DNA of 32,000 nucleotides. It comes from Promethearchaeia archaeon. GTDB lineage: Archaea > Asgardarchaeota > Lokiarchaeia > Sigyniarchaeales > SOKP01. The stretch covers positions 60,001 to 92,000 of the forward strand of contig JAWOFX010000007.1 in the NCBI GenBank assembly GCA_046497275.1. The letters are read 5' to 3'. Under the pieces are notes generated by a model. That model searched no databases, was not told the DNA's origin, and saw only the letters and a list, made by a program, of their open reading frames with translations. Positions within the stretch are counted from its first letter, which is position 1, and every line of letters begins with the position of its first letter. Positions 16,663 through 25,595 of the stretch are shown here, piece after piece. Made by a program: the position numbers and the translations under genes.

Positions 16663-17811
16663 ATGAATGAACAAAACAGTGAAAAAAAATGGGTTTGTCC
16701 TGAATGCGGACACGTTCACTATTACGAAGGTGCCCCACCGGATGAGTGTGTCAAATGTGGTGGGGGATTAGAGCTTTTCGACAGATTTCTCCCATTATGG
16801 ATCGCAATCTGTATAATAATTGGGCTACTACTTTCTCAATTTGTACCTAGAATCGGCGAAGTGATTGATTCTTGGCAAATCGGAGGGATTTCCGTTCCAA
16901 TCGGTATCTGTTTATTTCTAATGATGTATCCCGCAATGTTAAATCTTAAAAGTTCTGAGATTAAAAAGTTAGGGCAGAATCCAAAACCCATAATTCTCTC
17001 TCTTCTTTCAAACTGGATAGTCGCGCCCTTTGTGGGTTTGTCAATGGCACTGCTCTTTTTAGGAGGTAATCCACAGTTAGTACTTGCTGTAATATTACTA
17101 TCTAGTAGTCCATGCACTGCAATGGTATTAGTATGGGGCTGGTTGGCTAAGGGAAATCAAGAGCAAAATGTCATAACAACAAGTTTGAACACAGTTACGA
17201 TAATCTTTTTTTATATACCGATGGTTTATTTCTTAGTTACTCTGGCAAATCTTACATTAACAGAACCAATACCCTTAGATGTCTTCCAATTACTAATTTC
17301 ATTGGTGGTTTTTATAGGGTTACCACTGGCATTAGGGTTAGCAAGTAGAAAAACTCTAATTAATGCTAAAGGAGAATTGTGGTTTGATGAAACATATCGT
17401 CCCGCAGTCGGTAAGGTCGCGATCCTAGCGCTTTTGATGACATTGATTATTCTATTCTCATTAAATGGAGATGTTTTAATTAACAATCCCCTTCTATTAC
17501 TTCTAGTCACAACTCCATTGCTTGTTGGATTTGCTATTGTCGTTGGATATAACATTCTAGTTACTAGATTGGTAAAATTAAGATACAGACAAGCGATCAT
17601 TACAGTAATTATTGGCTCATCCAGTCATTTTGAAATTGCTATTGCTGTTGCAGTTGCGATGCATGGGGTTGGTTCGATTACAGCTTTAGGTACTACGATG
17701 GGTTTGTTTTGGGAAGTACCCGTGATGCTTTCATTGGTATATTTGGGCAGATATCTTGGAAGACGTGGTTATTGGAAAGGTTATGAAGAAGCAATAACAA
17801 AATATTCATAA
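16663..17811 (+). CDS. acr3: ACR3 arsenite/antimonite efflux transporter with N-terminal rubredoxin-like domain
   Basis: DRFLPLWI, LMMYPAM, SSPCTAMVLVW (conserved Cys), SSHFEIAIAVA, EVPVMLSLV; N-term WVCPECGHVHYYEGAPPDECVKCG. Confidence 0.93.
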   Translation: MNEQNSEKKWVCPECGHVHYYEGAPPDECVKCGGGLELFDRFLPLWIAICIIIGLLLSQFVPRIGEVIDSWQIGGISVPIGICLFLMMYPAMLNLKSSEIKKLGQNPKPIILSLLSNWIVAPFVGLSMALLFLGGNPQLVLAVILLSSSPCTAMVLVWGWLAKGNQEQNVITTSLNTVTIIFFYIPMVYFLVTLANLTLTEPIPLDVFQLLISLVVFIGLPLALGLASRKTLINAKGELWFDETYRPAVGKVAILALLMTLIILFSLNGDVLINNPLLLLLVTTPLLVGFAIVVGYNILVTRLVKLRYRQAIITVIIGSSSHFEIAIAVAVAMHGVGSITALGTTMGLFWEVPVMLSLVYLGRYLGRRGYWKGYEEAITKYS

Positions 17812-17862
17812 ATTTCTTTTTTTTTATTTAAAATAAAATTACTTTAATTAGATTTTTTTAAT

Positions 17863-18267
17863 ATGAAGCAACAAAAAAAACGAGAAATTATCAATAGTCT
17901 TAGGTTGTGTAAGGATTTATCTGATAAGGCTTTAGAGAATTATTTTGAAAATCTACGTAAAATAGGAAAGAATTTTACAAAAGATAACATGCTAAAAAAT
18001 CTTGAAAAATTCTTTACTATTCTTGGAAATGACACGAGATTAATAATCTTGAAGTTATTGAGTCAGAATGATTATTGCGTCTGTGAATTGGAAGCAATCT
18101 TGGATAAAGCTCAATCATCTGTCTCACATCATTTAAGATTGCTTGAAAAAGCGGGACTAATTAGAGGTATAAAAAAAGGTTATTTTACACATTACGAAAT
18201 TATAAATGAAAATTTTGAAAAATTTTTTAGATATTTATATGAGCAATACCCCTTCCTTAAGGATTAA
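17863..18267 (+). CDS. arsR: ArsR/SmtB repressor, CVC type, with N-terminal extension
   Basis: LGNDTRLIIL, DYCVCEL, AQSSVSHHLRLLE. Confidence 0.9.
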   Translation: MKQQKKREIINSLRLCKDLSDKALENYFENLRKIGKNFTKDNMLKNLEKFFTILGNDTRLIILKLLSQNDYCVCELEAILDKAQSSVSHHLRLLEKAGLIRGIKKGYFTHYEIINENFEKFFRYLYEQYPFLKD

Positions 18268-18306
18268 ATTAGGTAAAAAAAGTAATAAGAAGATTATAAA
18301 TATCTT

Positions 18307-18903
18307 TTAAGATTCTATATTATTTTTTAATTGGATGATACCTTCTTCTCTTGCTTTTAATAAATCTCGTTCGGAAACACCTTTCATTTCTTCACTTTTT
18401 AAAATTTTTTGTTTAAGGACTTTTCTAAAGATTAAATATTCATCTTTTCTGCTGATAAAAGGATCTACTTTTTCTGTATGAATAAATTCTTCTATGGATT
18501 TCTTTTTACCGTTATTGTTACCTTCAGTTAGATCGAATCTATAGTTTTTGTAAACTAAAAAGCAATGTACCATCGGTATATACGAGATTTCATATTTTTC
18601 GAGAATCATATTTACACCATCAGAAATTTGCTCCGTGAATTTATATATTCCCACATATTTAAAAAGGGGGATGGCGAGTTCCTCAGCTAATCCTGCAATA
18701 ACAGCATGTTTAGTAGTACATGTTCCTTTATTTTCTTTGAACAGAATCATTTTATCATCATAATCAGAGTTATATCCATACTCTAAATTGTGGACGTAAT
18801 GACAGGCTTCTTTAAACGATTTAATCCCTAATTTTAAAAATTTTTTGGATATTTCTCCTCGATCCGATATTTTCTTATCTGGTAATAAATTTAGATCATC
18901 CAT
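18307..18903 (-). CDS. Hypothetical protein, transglutaminase/papain-like Cys-His-Asp pattern
   Basis: GTCTTKH, PMVHCFL, RFDLT; fold inferred from pattern only. Confidence 0.55.
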   Translation of the reverse strand: MDDLNLLPDKKISDRGEISKKFLKLGIKSFKEACHYVHNLEYGYNSDYDDKMILFKENKGTCTTKHAVIAGLAEELAIPLFKYVGIYKFTEQISDGVNMILEKYEISYIPMVHCFLVYKNYRFDLTEGNNNGKKKSIEEFIHTEKVDPFISRKDEYLIFRKVLKQKILKSEEMKGVSERDLLKAREEGIIQLKNNIES

Positions 18904-18992
18904 AAGGATAATTCAGATCGATGATAATAAAATTTTAATGATTATGAATTATAAAGGTTATTACTCGCATTAATATTTAAAAAAAGAATATA

Positions 18993-19754
18993 ATGATTAA
19001 AACACGGGTAATATCTCCCAGCGTTACAGATCCCTATTTAAATCAAGCAATTGAAGAACTCCTCCTTGATTTAGTTTCTGATAGAGATTTTAATTTAATC
19101 TTGAGATTTTGGAAAGTAAAACCATCCGTAATTATCGGCAGAAACCAATCAATAAAAGCAGAAGTAAATATCAATGCTTGTAAAAAGTATCAAATTCCCA
19201 TAATAAGAAGAATTACAGGAGGAGGGGCGGTATATTTAGATTTAGGATGTTTGAATTTTTCATTTTATCTAAATAATAAATCACAATTTTTTTCAAAAAA
19301 TGTGAAAAGACTAAATAGATTCTTTTTATCAATTGTTATAAATGCCTTAAATAAAAACAATTTAGAGAGTTATTTTAAACCTCCAAATTCAATTTTTATC
19401 AATGGAAAAAAAATTTCAGGAAATGCCCAAATTTTTAGAAAAGATTCTGTATTACACCATGGAACCTTACTAGTAAACACAGATCTCAAAATACTTAAAG
19501 ATGTTCTCAAACCGAAAAACAATACTAATGCGGGGCGATATGTTCCCAGTTTGAGAGCCGATACATTAAATCTTAGTGATATCGATAATAATTTAACAAT
19601 TGAAAAGATTATTCATGATATGATTATACAAACTGAGAAGAAATTTCATCAAACATTTTACAGTATGAGTTTAACAGAAGAAGAGATAAATCTCGCAAAA
19701 AAGATGATGAAAGAAAGATATTTAAATCATAATTGGCAATTTCGAATTCCTTAA
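18993..19754 (+). CDS. lplA: Lipoate-protein ligase, catalytic domain only
   Basis: DPYLNQAIEE, IIGRNQ, RRITGGGAVYLD, GKKISGNAQ, LHHGTLL. Confidence 0.92.
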   Translation: MIKTRVISPSVTDPYLNQAIEELLLDLVSDRDFNLILRFWKVKPSVIIGRNQSIKAEVNINACKKYQIPIIRRITGGGAVYLDLGCLNFSFYLNNKSQFFSKNVKRLNRFFLSIVINALNKNNLESYFKPPNSIFINGKKISGNAQIFRKDSVLHHGTLLVNTDLKILKDVLKPKNNTNAGRYVPSLRADTLNLSDIDNNLTIEKIIHDMIIQTEKKFHQTFYSMSLTEEEINLAKKMMKERYLNHNWQFRIP

Positions 19755-19892
19755 TATATAACTTATTTAAGTGAATAAATCTAGGTGAGATGAGAATAGT
19801 CTTATGATATTTAGATTAAAAATTGAGTAATTTCATATGAAAGTTTATCGAGATTAATTTAAAACAAGATTGAAGTAAAATCTTAGATTTTA

Positions 19893-20693
19893 TCATATTT
19901 TCTTACTTCTTAACCAGGTTTCCATGACAGCTGATTGGAATAATTTAATATGGTGTGGATCTCGTGTTTGAAAAGTGAGGAAATTATTTTCATCGCTTCC
20001 GATAACTGAAAATAATAATTCTTCACCATCTCTCAAAATTACAAACCTATCTTCTCCCTCATAAAGGCGAATAGATATATTATCTAAACTTTCCAATTCT
20101 TCCAATAATTCCGAATGTAATTCAATTCCAGGATTAATAAGGCATGAAATTTTCATATTCACAGAAGATCGTATTTCATATAGATACAAGTCTTGTAAAT
20201 CTATTATTGATGGTACGGCAATCATTACATTATGAAGAGCTTTTCCTAAAATATCTCTCATTTTTTCAATAATTTGGTCCTTTGTAATTTCTACCTTAGT
20301 ATAATCAATTATTCCCGTAACACTTGATTGAGCAGTTGATTCTCTAATCTTTTCGATTTCAGCTTCTAACTTTTCAAAGTCTTGATCTGATTTTTCCAAT
20401 TCTTCATTTAAAATTTTAACTTTCTCTTCGAGTTCTTCAATTATTTTATTTTTATCCTCTAATAATTCTTTATTTACGGAGGATTTTTTAATTTCCTTAA
20501 TTTGTTCCTCTTTTACTTTGATAGATTCTTCCAATGTTTCCACTTTTTCATTTTTCAAATCTAAAGAACTCTCAAGCGTGTCAAGTTGTTCATTTTTTAA
20601 ATCCAATGACTCTTTTAAAGTAGTTATTTGTTCGTCCTTAAGCTTAATTGAATCTTTAAGTGTTTTTATCATTCTATCTTTGTTTTCTTCCAT
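19893..20693 (-). CDS. Coiled-coil protein with four 14-aa repeats and a C-terminal globular (TrmB/PLD-like?) domain
   Basis: TLKDSIKLKDEQIT / TLKESLDLKNEQLD / TLESSLDLKNEKVE / TLEESIKVKEEQIK; C-term NISIRLYEGEDRFVILRDGEELLF. Confidence 0.7.
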   Translation of the reverse strand: MEENKDRMIKTLKDSIKLKDEQITTLKESLDLKNEQLDTLESSLDLKNEKVETLEESIKVKEEQIKEIKKSSVNKELLEDKNKIIEELEEKVKILNEELEKSDQDFEKLEAEIEKIRESTAQSSVTGIIDYTKVEITKDQIIEKMRDILGKALHNVMIAVPSIIDLQDLYLYEIRSSVNMKISCLINPGIELHSELLEELESLDNISIRLYEGEDRFVILRDGEELLFSVIGSDENNFLTFQTRDPHHIKLFQSAVMETWLRSKKI

Positions 20694-20848
20694 GGTCTAA
20701 GTCAAGTTTTATGATTAATATGTTTAATAAAATATTTCTTTTTAATATTATATAAAGTTTAAGCTAAAGATCTTTTGAAATTCCTAAATTTATTATCAGC
20801 TTACATAAATCCATTAAACATAAAAATATAATTTTTTATTAATATGAT

Positions 20849-21604
20849 ATGAATAACGGGAAAGATTTAGATCCTAAAATTGCTAAGTTAGAAGAGGATA
20901 TAAGAGATTTAATTAATAAAAAAATAGAAGAATCTGATGGTCTTCTATCGATTGTGGTTGGTACACATGGGGGAACTCTGATAGCAAGTGAATTTAAGAA
21001 ACCTATTGGAATGAGAGAACAAGAATTAACAGCTGCTAACAGTAGTATCTTATTTCTCTCTTCTAAATTGCTGAAAAATTCTCTAAATCAAGAAATTTCA
21101 TATGATTTAATAGCAGGTAAAGAAAGGATCGTTCTATCTGTACTAACTGAGCATATTACCCTAATTGCTCATTTAAATAGAGAATTAGCCGAGTTAGAAG
21201 GAATCAATACATATATCTCAAGTTTGAAAGAATTTTCACTTAAATTATCTGCGATCGTGGAAACTTCCGGAATTATAAAAGAGGAAATCTTTGTAAAATT
21301 AAAAAGAGCGATTCCTAATGCGATGGTTATTGCTATAATCACAAAAGAAGGTATGCCTATAAAAGTTCAATCAACAATGGCAGAACCAATGCTCTCTGCT
21401 ATGATTTCAGCCTTATACAAATTATCAGGGATATTATTAGAAAAAGGAGGCATTGAGTATACAGTTATTGGAGGGACAGCAGGATCTATAATAGTTCATG
21501 AGTTAGATGAAACTCGAATTTTGTGTGTTGCTGTACCTGAAGAGGCAGAAAATAAGAAATTAGGAACTTATATCGCAAAAATTAAATCTATAGTAGAGAA
21601 ATAG
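20849..21604 (+). CDS. Tandem roadblock/LC7-domain protein
   Basis: Two units: GLLSIVVGTHGGTLIAS...LTAANSSILFLS...LIAGKERIVLS, and AMVIAIITKEGMPI...LSAMISALYKLS...VIGGTAGSIIVH. Confidence 0.8.
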   Translation: MNNGKDLDPKIAKLEEDIRDLINKKIEESDGLLSIVVGTHGGTLIASEFKKPIGMREQELTAANSSILFLSSKLLKNSLNQEISYDLIAGKERIVLSVLTEHITLIAHLNRELAELEGINTYISSLKEFSLKLSAIVETSGIIKEEIFVKLKRAIPNAMVIAIITKEGMPIKVQSTMAEPMLSAMISALYKLSGILLEKGGIEYTVIGGTAGSIIVHELDETRILCVAVPEEAENKKLGTYIAKIKSIVEK

Positions 21605-22849
21605 TCATTCAATAATTTGGAATACTTTATCAGCAATTTTAAGCGCTCCAAAATATGATTTTTTATAATTTTGATCCTTATATAAAATAGTGCAAATTGG
21701 TTGATCTTTTTTAATCTTTTCATTAGGGGGCGTTTTATCATGGACATTTTCAATTTTATTAATTTTCTTAATTTTAGCAATATTTATATCATCAGGAGCA
21801 AATATAATCAATTTTGTGGTAAATAACTGATTTTTATTATTCTTTAGTTTTTCTATTATTTCGTTCCATTTAGAATAATTAAAACTCTCTATATGTAAGA
21901 ATAACAAATTAAGGTTTAACGATTCCTCCGATGCTCTTATGGAACCGGGTATTCTGGGATTAATTTCCATAAGAAAAGGCTCATGATCTCTTAAAACGAA
22001 ATCAAATCCATTAATACCTTTTAAGCCGAGACTTCTAGCTAAATATGAGGAAAGTTTAGAAATTTTAACAATATCTTGATTAGATAAATTTGATGGAACC
22101 ACATTACCACAATAGATAAAATCTTTAGGAGGATTCAAAATTTTTAATCCAATAATTTGACGGTTTATTGAGATTATCTGATTCTCTTTTCCGTTAGCTA
22201 TTACTGTACAACTTATAGGGATGCCATCAATATATTCTTGTATTAACCAGTCTTCGATACTGTCTCTCTCATTTATTAGATTGAATTGTAATTCAAATTC
22301 CTCTATCCTATTGATTTTGTAAACGTTTGTACCCCCAGAACTGGATTTCTTTTTTAATATAATAGGATAAGATATATCTAATTGATTTTTTTTAAAATCT
22401 ATTAAAGGTTTAGTATATGGGATCTTGAAGTCTTCAGATTCTAAAGATTGATAAATACTTCTAATATCTCGTGCTTGTCTAATCACTTCCAAATCATTAT
22501 TCAAATTTATAATTTGATAATTATTCTTCAAAATATAATCCAAGACCATTTCTCGTTCTTTAAGCGCATCGTCTAAGCCGCTTCCAATCAGTAAATAATT
22601 GATATTTGGATATTTTCTCAAAAGGTCGATTGTGTATTTGGCCAAATAAGATTTATAATCCTCTTTAATTTGTTCATATCTCATATCTAACTCTTTTGTT
22701 ATAATGATGCAATCTTTAACGTATGGGAAAAGATCAAGATCTCCAAAAAAATCCACCGCAAAAACTTCCAAACCTGCTCTATATAAAGAATATGCTAAAG
22801 GTCTTGTATTAAATCCGACAACTAAGATTGATTGATTCGGTCTCTTCAT
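21605..22849 (-). CDS. ATP-grasp domain protein (archaeal carboligase-like)
   Basis: VVGFNTRPLA, AVDFFGDLD, ILKKKSSSGG, LIQEYIDG, YCGN, GFDFV, EINPRIPG. Confidence 0.85.
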   Translation of the reverse strand: MKRPNQSILVVGFNTRPLAYSLYRAGLEVFAVDFFGDLDLFPYVKDCIIITKELDMRYEQIKEDYKSYLAKYTIDLLRKYPNINYLLIGSGLDDALKEREMVLDYILKNNYQIINLNNDLEVIRQARDIRSIYQSLESEDFKIPYTKPLIDFKKNQLDISYPIILKKKSSSGGTNVYKINRIEEFELQFNLINERDSIEDWLIQEYIDGIPISCTVIANGKENQIISINRQIIGLKILNPPKDFIYCGNVVPSNLSNQDIVKISKLSSYLARSLGLKGINGFDFVLRDHEPFLMEINPRIPGSIRASEESLNLNLLFLHIESFNYSKWNEIIEKLKNNKNQLFTTKLIIFAPDDINIAKIKKINKIENVHDKTPPNEKIKKDQPICTILYKDQNYKKSYFGALKIADKVFQIIE

Positions 22850-23004
22850 AGAATTGGAATATAAGATATTAATTGAAAAAATGAAATTGTCTTAAAATAG
22901 TTTATATTCACAGAAGTATATAAATCAGATTTCTGATATATATAAAGAATTTTCTTGTTTCCGTCTAAGTTGTGAGAATAGGTAATGGAATGATATAACA
23001 AAAA

Positions 23005-25218
23005 TTAAAGGATCTTTTTTAATTTTAAAATTAAATTTTCTGGATGATATTTATCAAAGCGATAAATTTCAGCATTTCCGTATGTTTTAAAATTCTTTTT
23101 AATTTTATCAGCCGAATATGGGTGTACGCCTAGAGCTTGAGTAGCATAACTCTTTTTAGGTTCAAGCAGAACCATATGTACATTTTGTCGGGACAAAGTT
23201 TTTGTAATAGTCTTTAATTCTTCGACTATTAAGTTATAATCGCTCTCTAATTGTGCTATTAAATCTGGATGCTTCACAGAAATATTTGCTCCGCAATCAG
23301 AACAAATGAAGATCACTGGAATTATATTTCTATTTTTTAACTTTTCAATTTTTATTAATTCTTGACATTTCTTTAATCCAGCTGCCATTGGAGTATAAGA
23401 TTTACCCTCTAATTTTTTTAACTTTTGGATCGCATTTTGAAATGATACTGTTGGTTTTTGGAGGACAAGGGCATTTTTTCCCCTGAACACAATTAAACAA
23501 ATTTTATCTTTTTTACGATAACCCTCTCTTTGCAGTGATAAAATTACATCAGTCATTTGTTTTATCACATAATACATAGAGGCAGAACTATCAAGAACAA
23601 AAAATAAACATAAGGGAGCACGATATTCATAGATCTTATCTTTTAAATCATATTTATTAAATTTTATGGGAAAATCAATCTCTGTTTTATTATAAACTGA
23701 ATTTTTTAAGTAACTCCGTATAGTGGCATCTAATGCGATACTTTTGGGGTGTTGTCCAATAGGAGAGCGATATGAGACATATCTTCCTTTTTGAGAAGAT
23801 GCAACTTTTATTCTTCGACCAATTCCCCGCCCTCCATAATTAGAAATCTTTCGTTCATTTCGGATATTATCCAAAATAGATGTCATTTTTTTTTCCATTT
23901 TATAGATTAATGGAAATGGATCAAATCCATTACTAGTGAAATTAAAATCATTTTCTGAAGGAATTTCTTTAACTTTCCATCCTCCAGCAGGTTTTGGATT
24001 TCTTTTTCTTTCATCTTCATATTTCGGAGGTGGTAATTTTTGTTCTTTCGTCTCTGGTAGATCTACTTTATCAGGATCTATTGATTGCCGTTTAAATTCT
24101 TCTTGTGGTTCGTCCGAATGTTTCAAGGGTCCTTCTGTTTCCCTATTAGGCTGATAAATATCAGGATCTTCATATGCCTCTCGAATCTTTCCATAGACTT
24201 CTTTTATTTTAGTTTTGATTTCTTCAGGAGTTAATTCATAATGTAAGGATTTAATTCTATGTTCAAAAACTAAATCCATTGCAATATCAAGATCTTTTTC
24301 TATAAGATGATTCCTATTGCTAAATGCGGCATGAGCTCGAGCACAACGAATGAAGGTTATATCCGCCCTCTGTGAGAATATATCTAATTCATTAACAGTT
24401 CTCGCAACTAATTCATAAATAGTACTTGGTATCTTCACTTCTTTAATTATTTTCCTTGCTTTTAATAATTTTTCTCTTAATTCTTTTTGTTCCCCCTCAT
24501 ATTTTGCTATAAACTGCTTTGGATTATCATTAAATTCAATAACTCTTTTTGTAATTTCTGCACGTAAACTGGGATCACATGGCGCTTGAATTCTCACCTC
24601 TAAACCTAATCTGTCAGCTATCTGTGGCCTTAATTCTCCTTCTTCTGGATTCATACTGCCTACTAGTACAAAACGCGAAGGATGCATTATTGAGATTCCT
24701 TCTCGTTCAATTATATTTACACCAGAAGCAGCAGCATCAAGTAAGGTATCTACGATATGATCTTGTAAAAGATTGATCTCATCGATATAAAGAATTCCTC
24801 TGTTTGCTTTTGCTAATAATCCAGGATGGAGTTCAGAAATGCCTTCCGTGAGCACCTTGTCAATTGAAAGCGAGCCAGTCACCATATCCTCTGTGACTCC
24901 AAGCGGTAAATTGACTAAACGCATGTCACGCTTAATAACCTCAATCTGGCCATTCTTTTTCTTCTCTTGGCATTCAACACAAAGTTCATCCATCTCAGAA
25001 TTTGGATCACATAAAAATGGACATCCTTTTACCACTTCGATTTGAGGCATCACTTCTACCAAAGACCTAACTGCTGTGGATTTACCCGTACCTTGATGGC
25101 CAGAGAGAAGGACTCCACCTACTTGAGGGTCAATAACATTCAGAATTAATGCCATCTTCATTCTTTCTTGACCAAGTATTGCTGTGAAGGGAAAATTCAA
25201 TTTCTTCAATTTTTTCAC
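23005..25218 (-). CDS. Mg/Co-chelatase ChlI/ChlD-like AAA+ ATPase fused to a vWA domain
   Basis: FPFTAILGQE, Walker A GHQGTGKS, PGLLAKANRGILYIDEINLL, GSMNPEEGELRPQ, MIDAS FVLDSSASM, EGKSYTPMAAGL. Confidence 0.9.
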   Translation of the reverse strand: MKKLKKLNFPFTAILGQERMKMALILNVIDPQVGGVLLSGHQGTGKSTAVRSLVEVMPQIEVVKGCPFLCDPNSEMDELCVECQEKKKNGQIEVIKRDMRLVNLPLGVTEDMVTGSLSIDKVLTEGISELHPGLLAKANRGILYIDEINLLQDHIVDTLLDAAASGVNIIEREGISIMHPSRFVLVGSMNPEEGELRPQIADRLGLEVRIQAPCDPSLRAEITKRVIEFNDNPKQFIAKYEGEQKELREKLLKARKIIKEVKIPSTIYELVARTVNELDIFSQRADITFIRCARAHAAFSNRNHLIEKDLDIAMDLVFEHRIKSLHYELTPEEIKTKIKEVYGKIREAYEDPDIYQPNRETEGPLKHSDEPQEEFKRQSIDPDKVDLPETKEQKLPPPKYEDERKRNPKPAGGWKVKEIPSENDFNFTSNGFDPFPLIYKMEKKMTSILDNIRNERKISNYGGRGIGRRIKVASSQKGRYVSYRSPIGQHPKSIALDATIRSYLKNSVYNKTEIDFPIKFNKYDLKDKIYEYRAPLCLFFVLDSSASMYYVIKQMTDVILSLQREGYRKKDKICLIVFRGKNALVLQKPTVSFQNAIQKLKKLEGKSYTPMAAGLKKCQELIKIEKLKNRNIIPVIFICSDCGANISVKHPDLIAQLESDYNLIVEELKTITKTLSRQNVHMVLLEPKKSYATQALGVHPYSADKIKKNFKTYGNAEIYRFDKYHPENLILKLKKIL

Positions 25219-25322
25219 CTATAGTTTCAAAATCTTAGATATTGAAACGAAAAATGAAATAAAAAGTTAATAATTCGAAACAAATTGGTATTAATATCAA
25301 ATAGTAAATATGAGTCATTAAT

Positions 25323-25343
25323 AGAAAACCATAGTCAAAATCA
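25323..25343 (+). repeat. Direct repeat copy 1 flanking the TA module
   Basis: AGAAAACCATAGTCAAAATCA, versus AGAAAACATAGTCAAAATCA at 26143-26162 (1-nt indel; 14-nt identical core). Confidence 0.7.
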
Positions 25344-25395
25344 AAACATCGTATTAGTTTAAAATTAAAAGATCAAAAACAATAAGAAAGAAAAA

Positions 25396-25593
25396 CTATT
25401 TTTCATTTTTTTGTTTCATTTCTTCTAAAACTGAATCGATATCAAATTCTTTTAACCAAATTTCCCGCTCTTCTGTATAATCACCATTACCAGATTCGAA
25501 CTGATGCAAAAAACGAACCATTCCAACGGGACCTAATGCTTCAGTTAAAGCTTCAATTCCCTTTTTTCTTATTTCGCTCATATTCATTTCCAT
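25396..25593 (-). CDS. Putative antitoxin downstream of PIN toxin
   Basis: GIEALTEALGPVGMVRFLHQFESGNGDYTEER, a small protein type I recall from PIN-associated loci; starts 2 nt after the reconstructed toxin stop. Confidence 0.75.
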   Translation of the reverse strand: MEMNMSEIRKKGIEALTEALGPVGMVRFLHQFESGNGDYTEEREIWLKEFDIDSVLEEMKQKNEK

Positions 25594-25595
25594 TA

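Noticed and set aside
12215-19754. Canonical glycine cleavage system or complete sHdr sulfur-oxidation cluster
   Set aside because: There are no gcvP/T/L genes and no hdrB/C, full hdrA, tusA, dsrE or lipS genes in the window.
20500-20690. CRISPR-like or DNA tandem repeat
   Set aside because: It is a degenerate 42-nt coding repeat of a coiled coil, with no spacers.
3345-25045. Antisense or alternate-frame track ORFs (3345, 3586, 3997, 6168, 7607, 8262, 8970, 11686, 12777, 13241, 13465, 16836, 17226, 20518, 21568, 23936, 24579, 24839; also 26660, 28985, 30690)
   Set aside because: They overlap well-supported genes and have no motifs; they are shadow ORFs. The His/Pro-rich 8970 ORF is just the antisense of the acidic gene.
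23005-25218. Evidence of (bacterio)chlorophyll synthesis
   Set aside because: ChlI/D-like ATPases are widespread in non-phototrophic archaea, and no other pathway genes are present.
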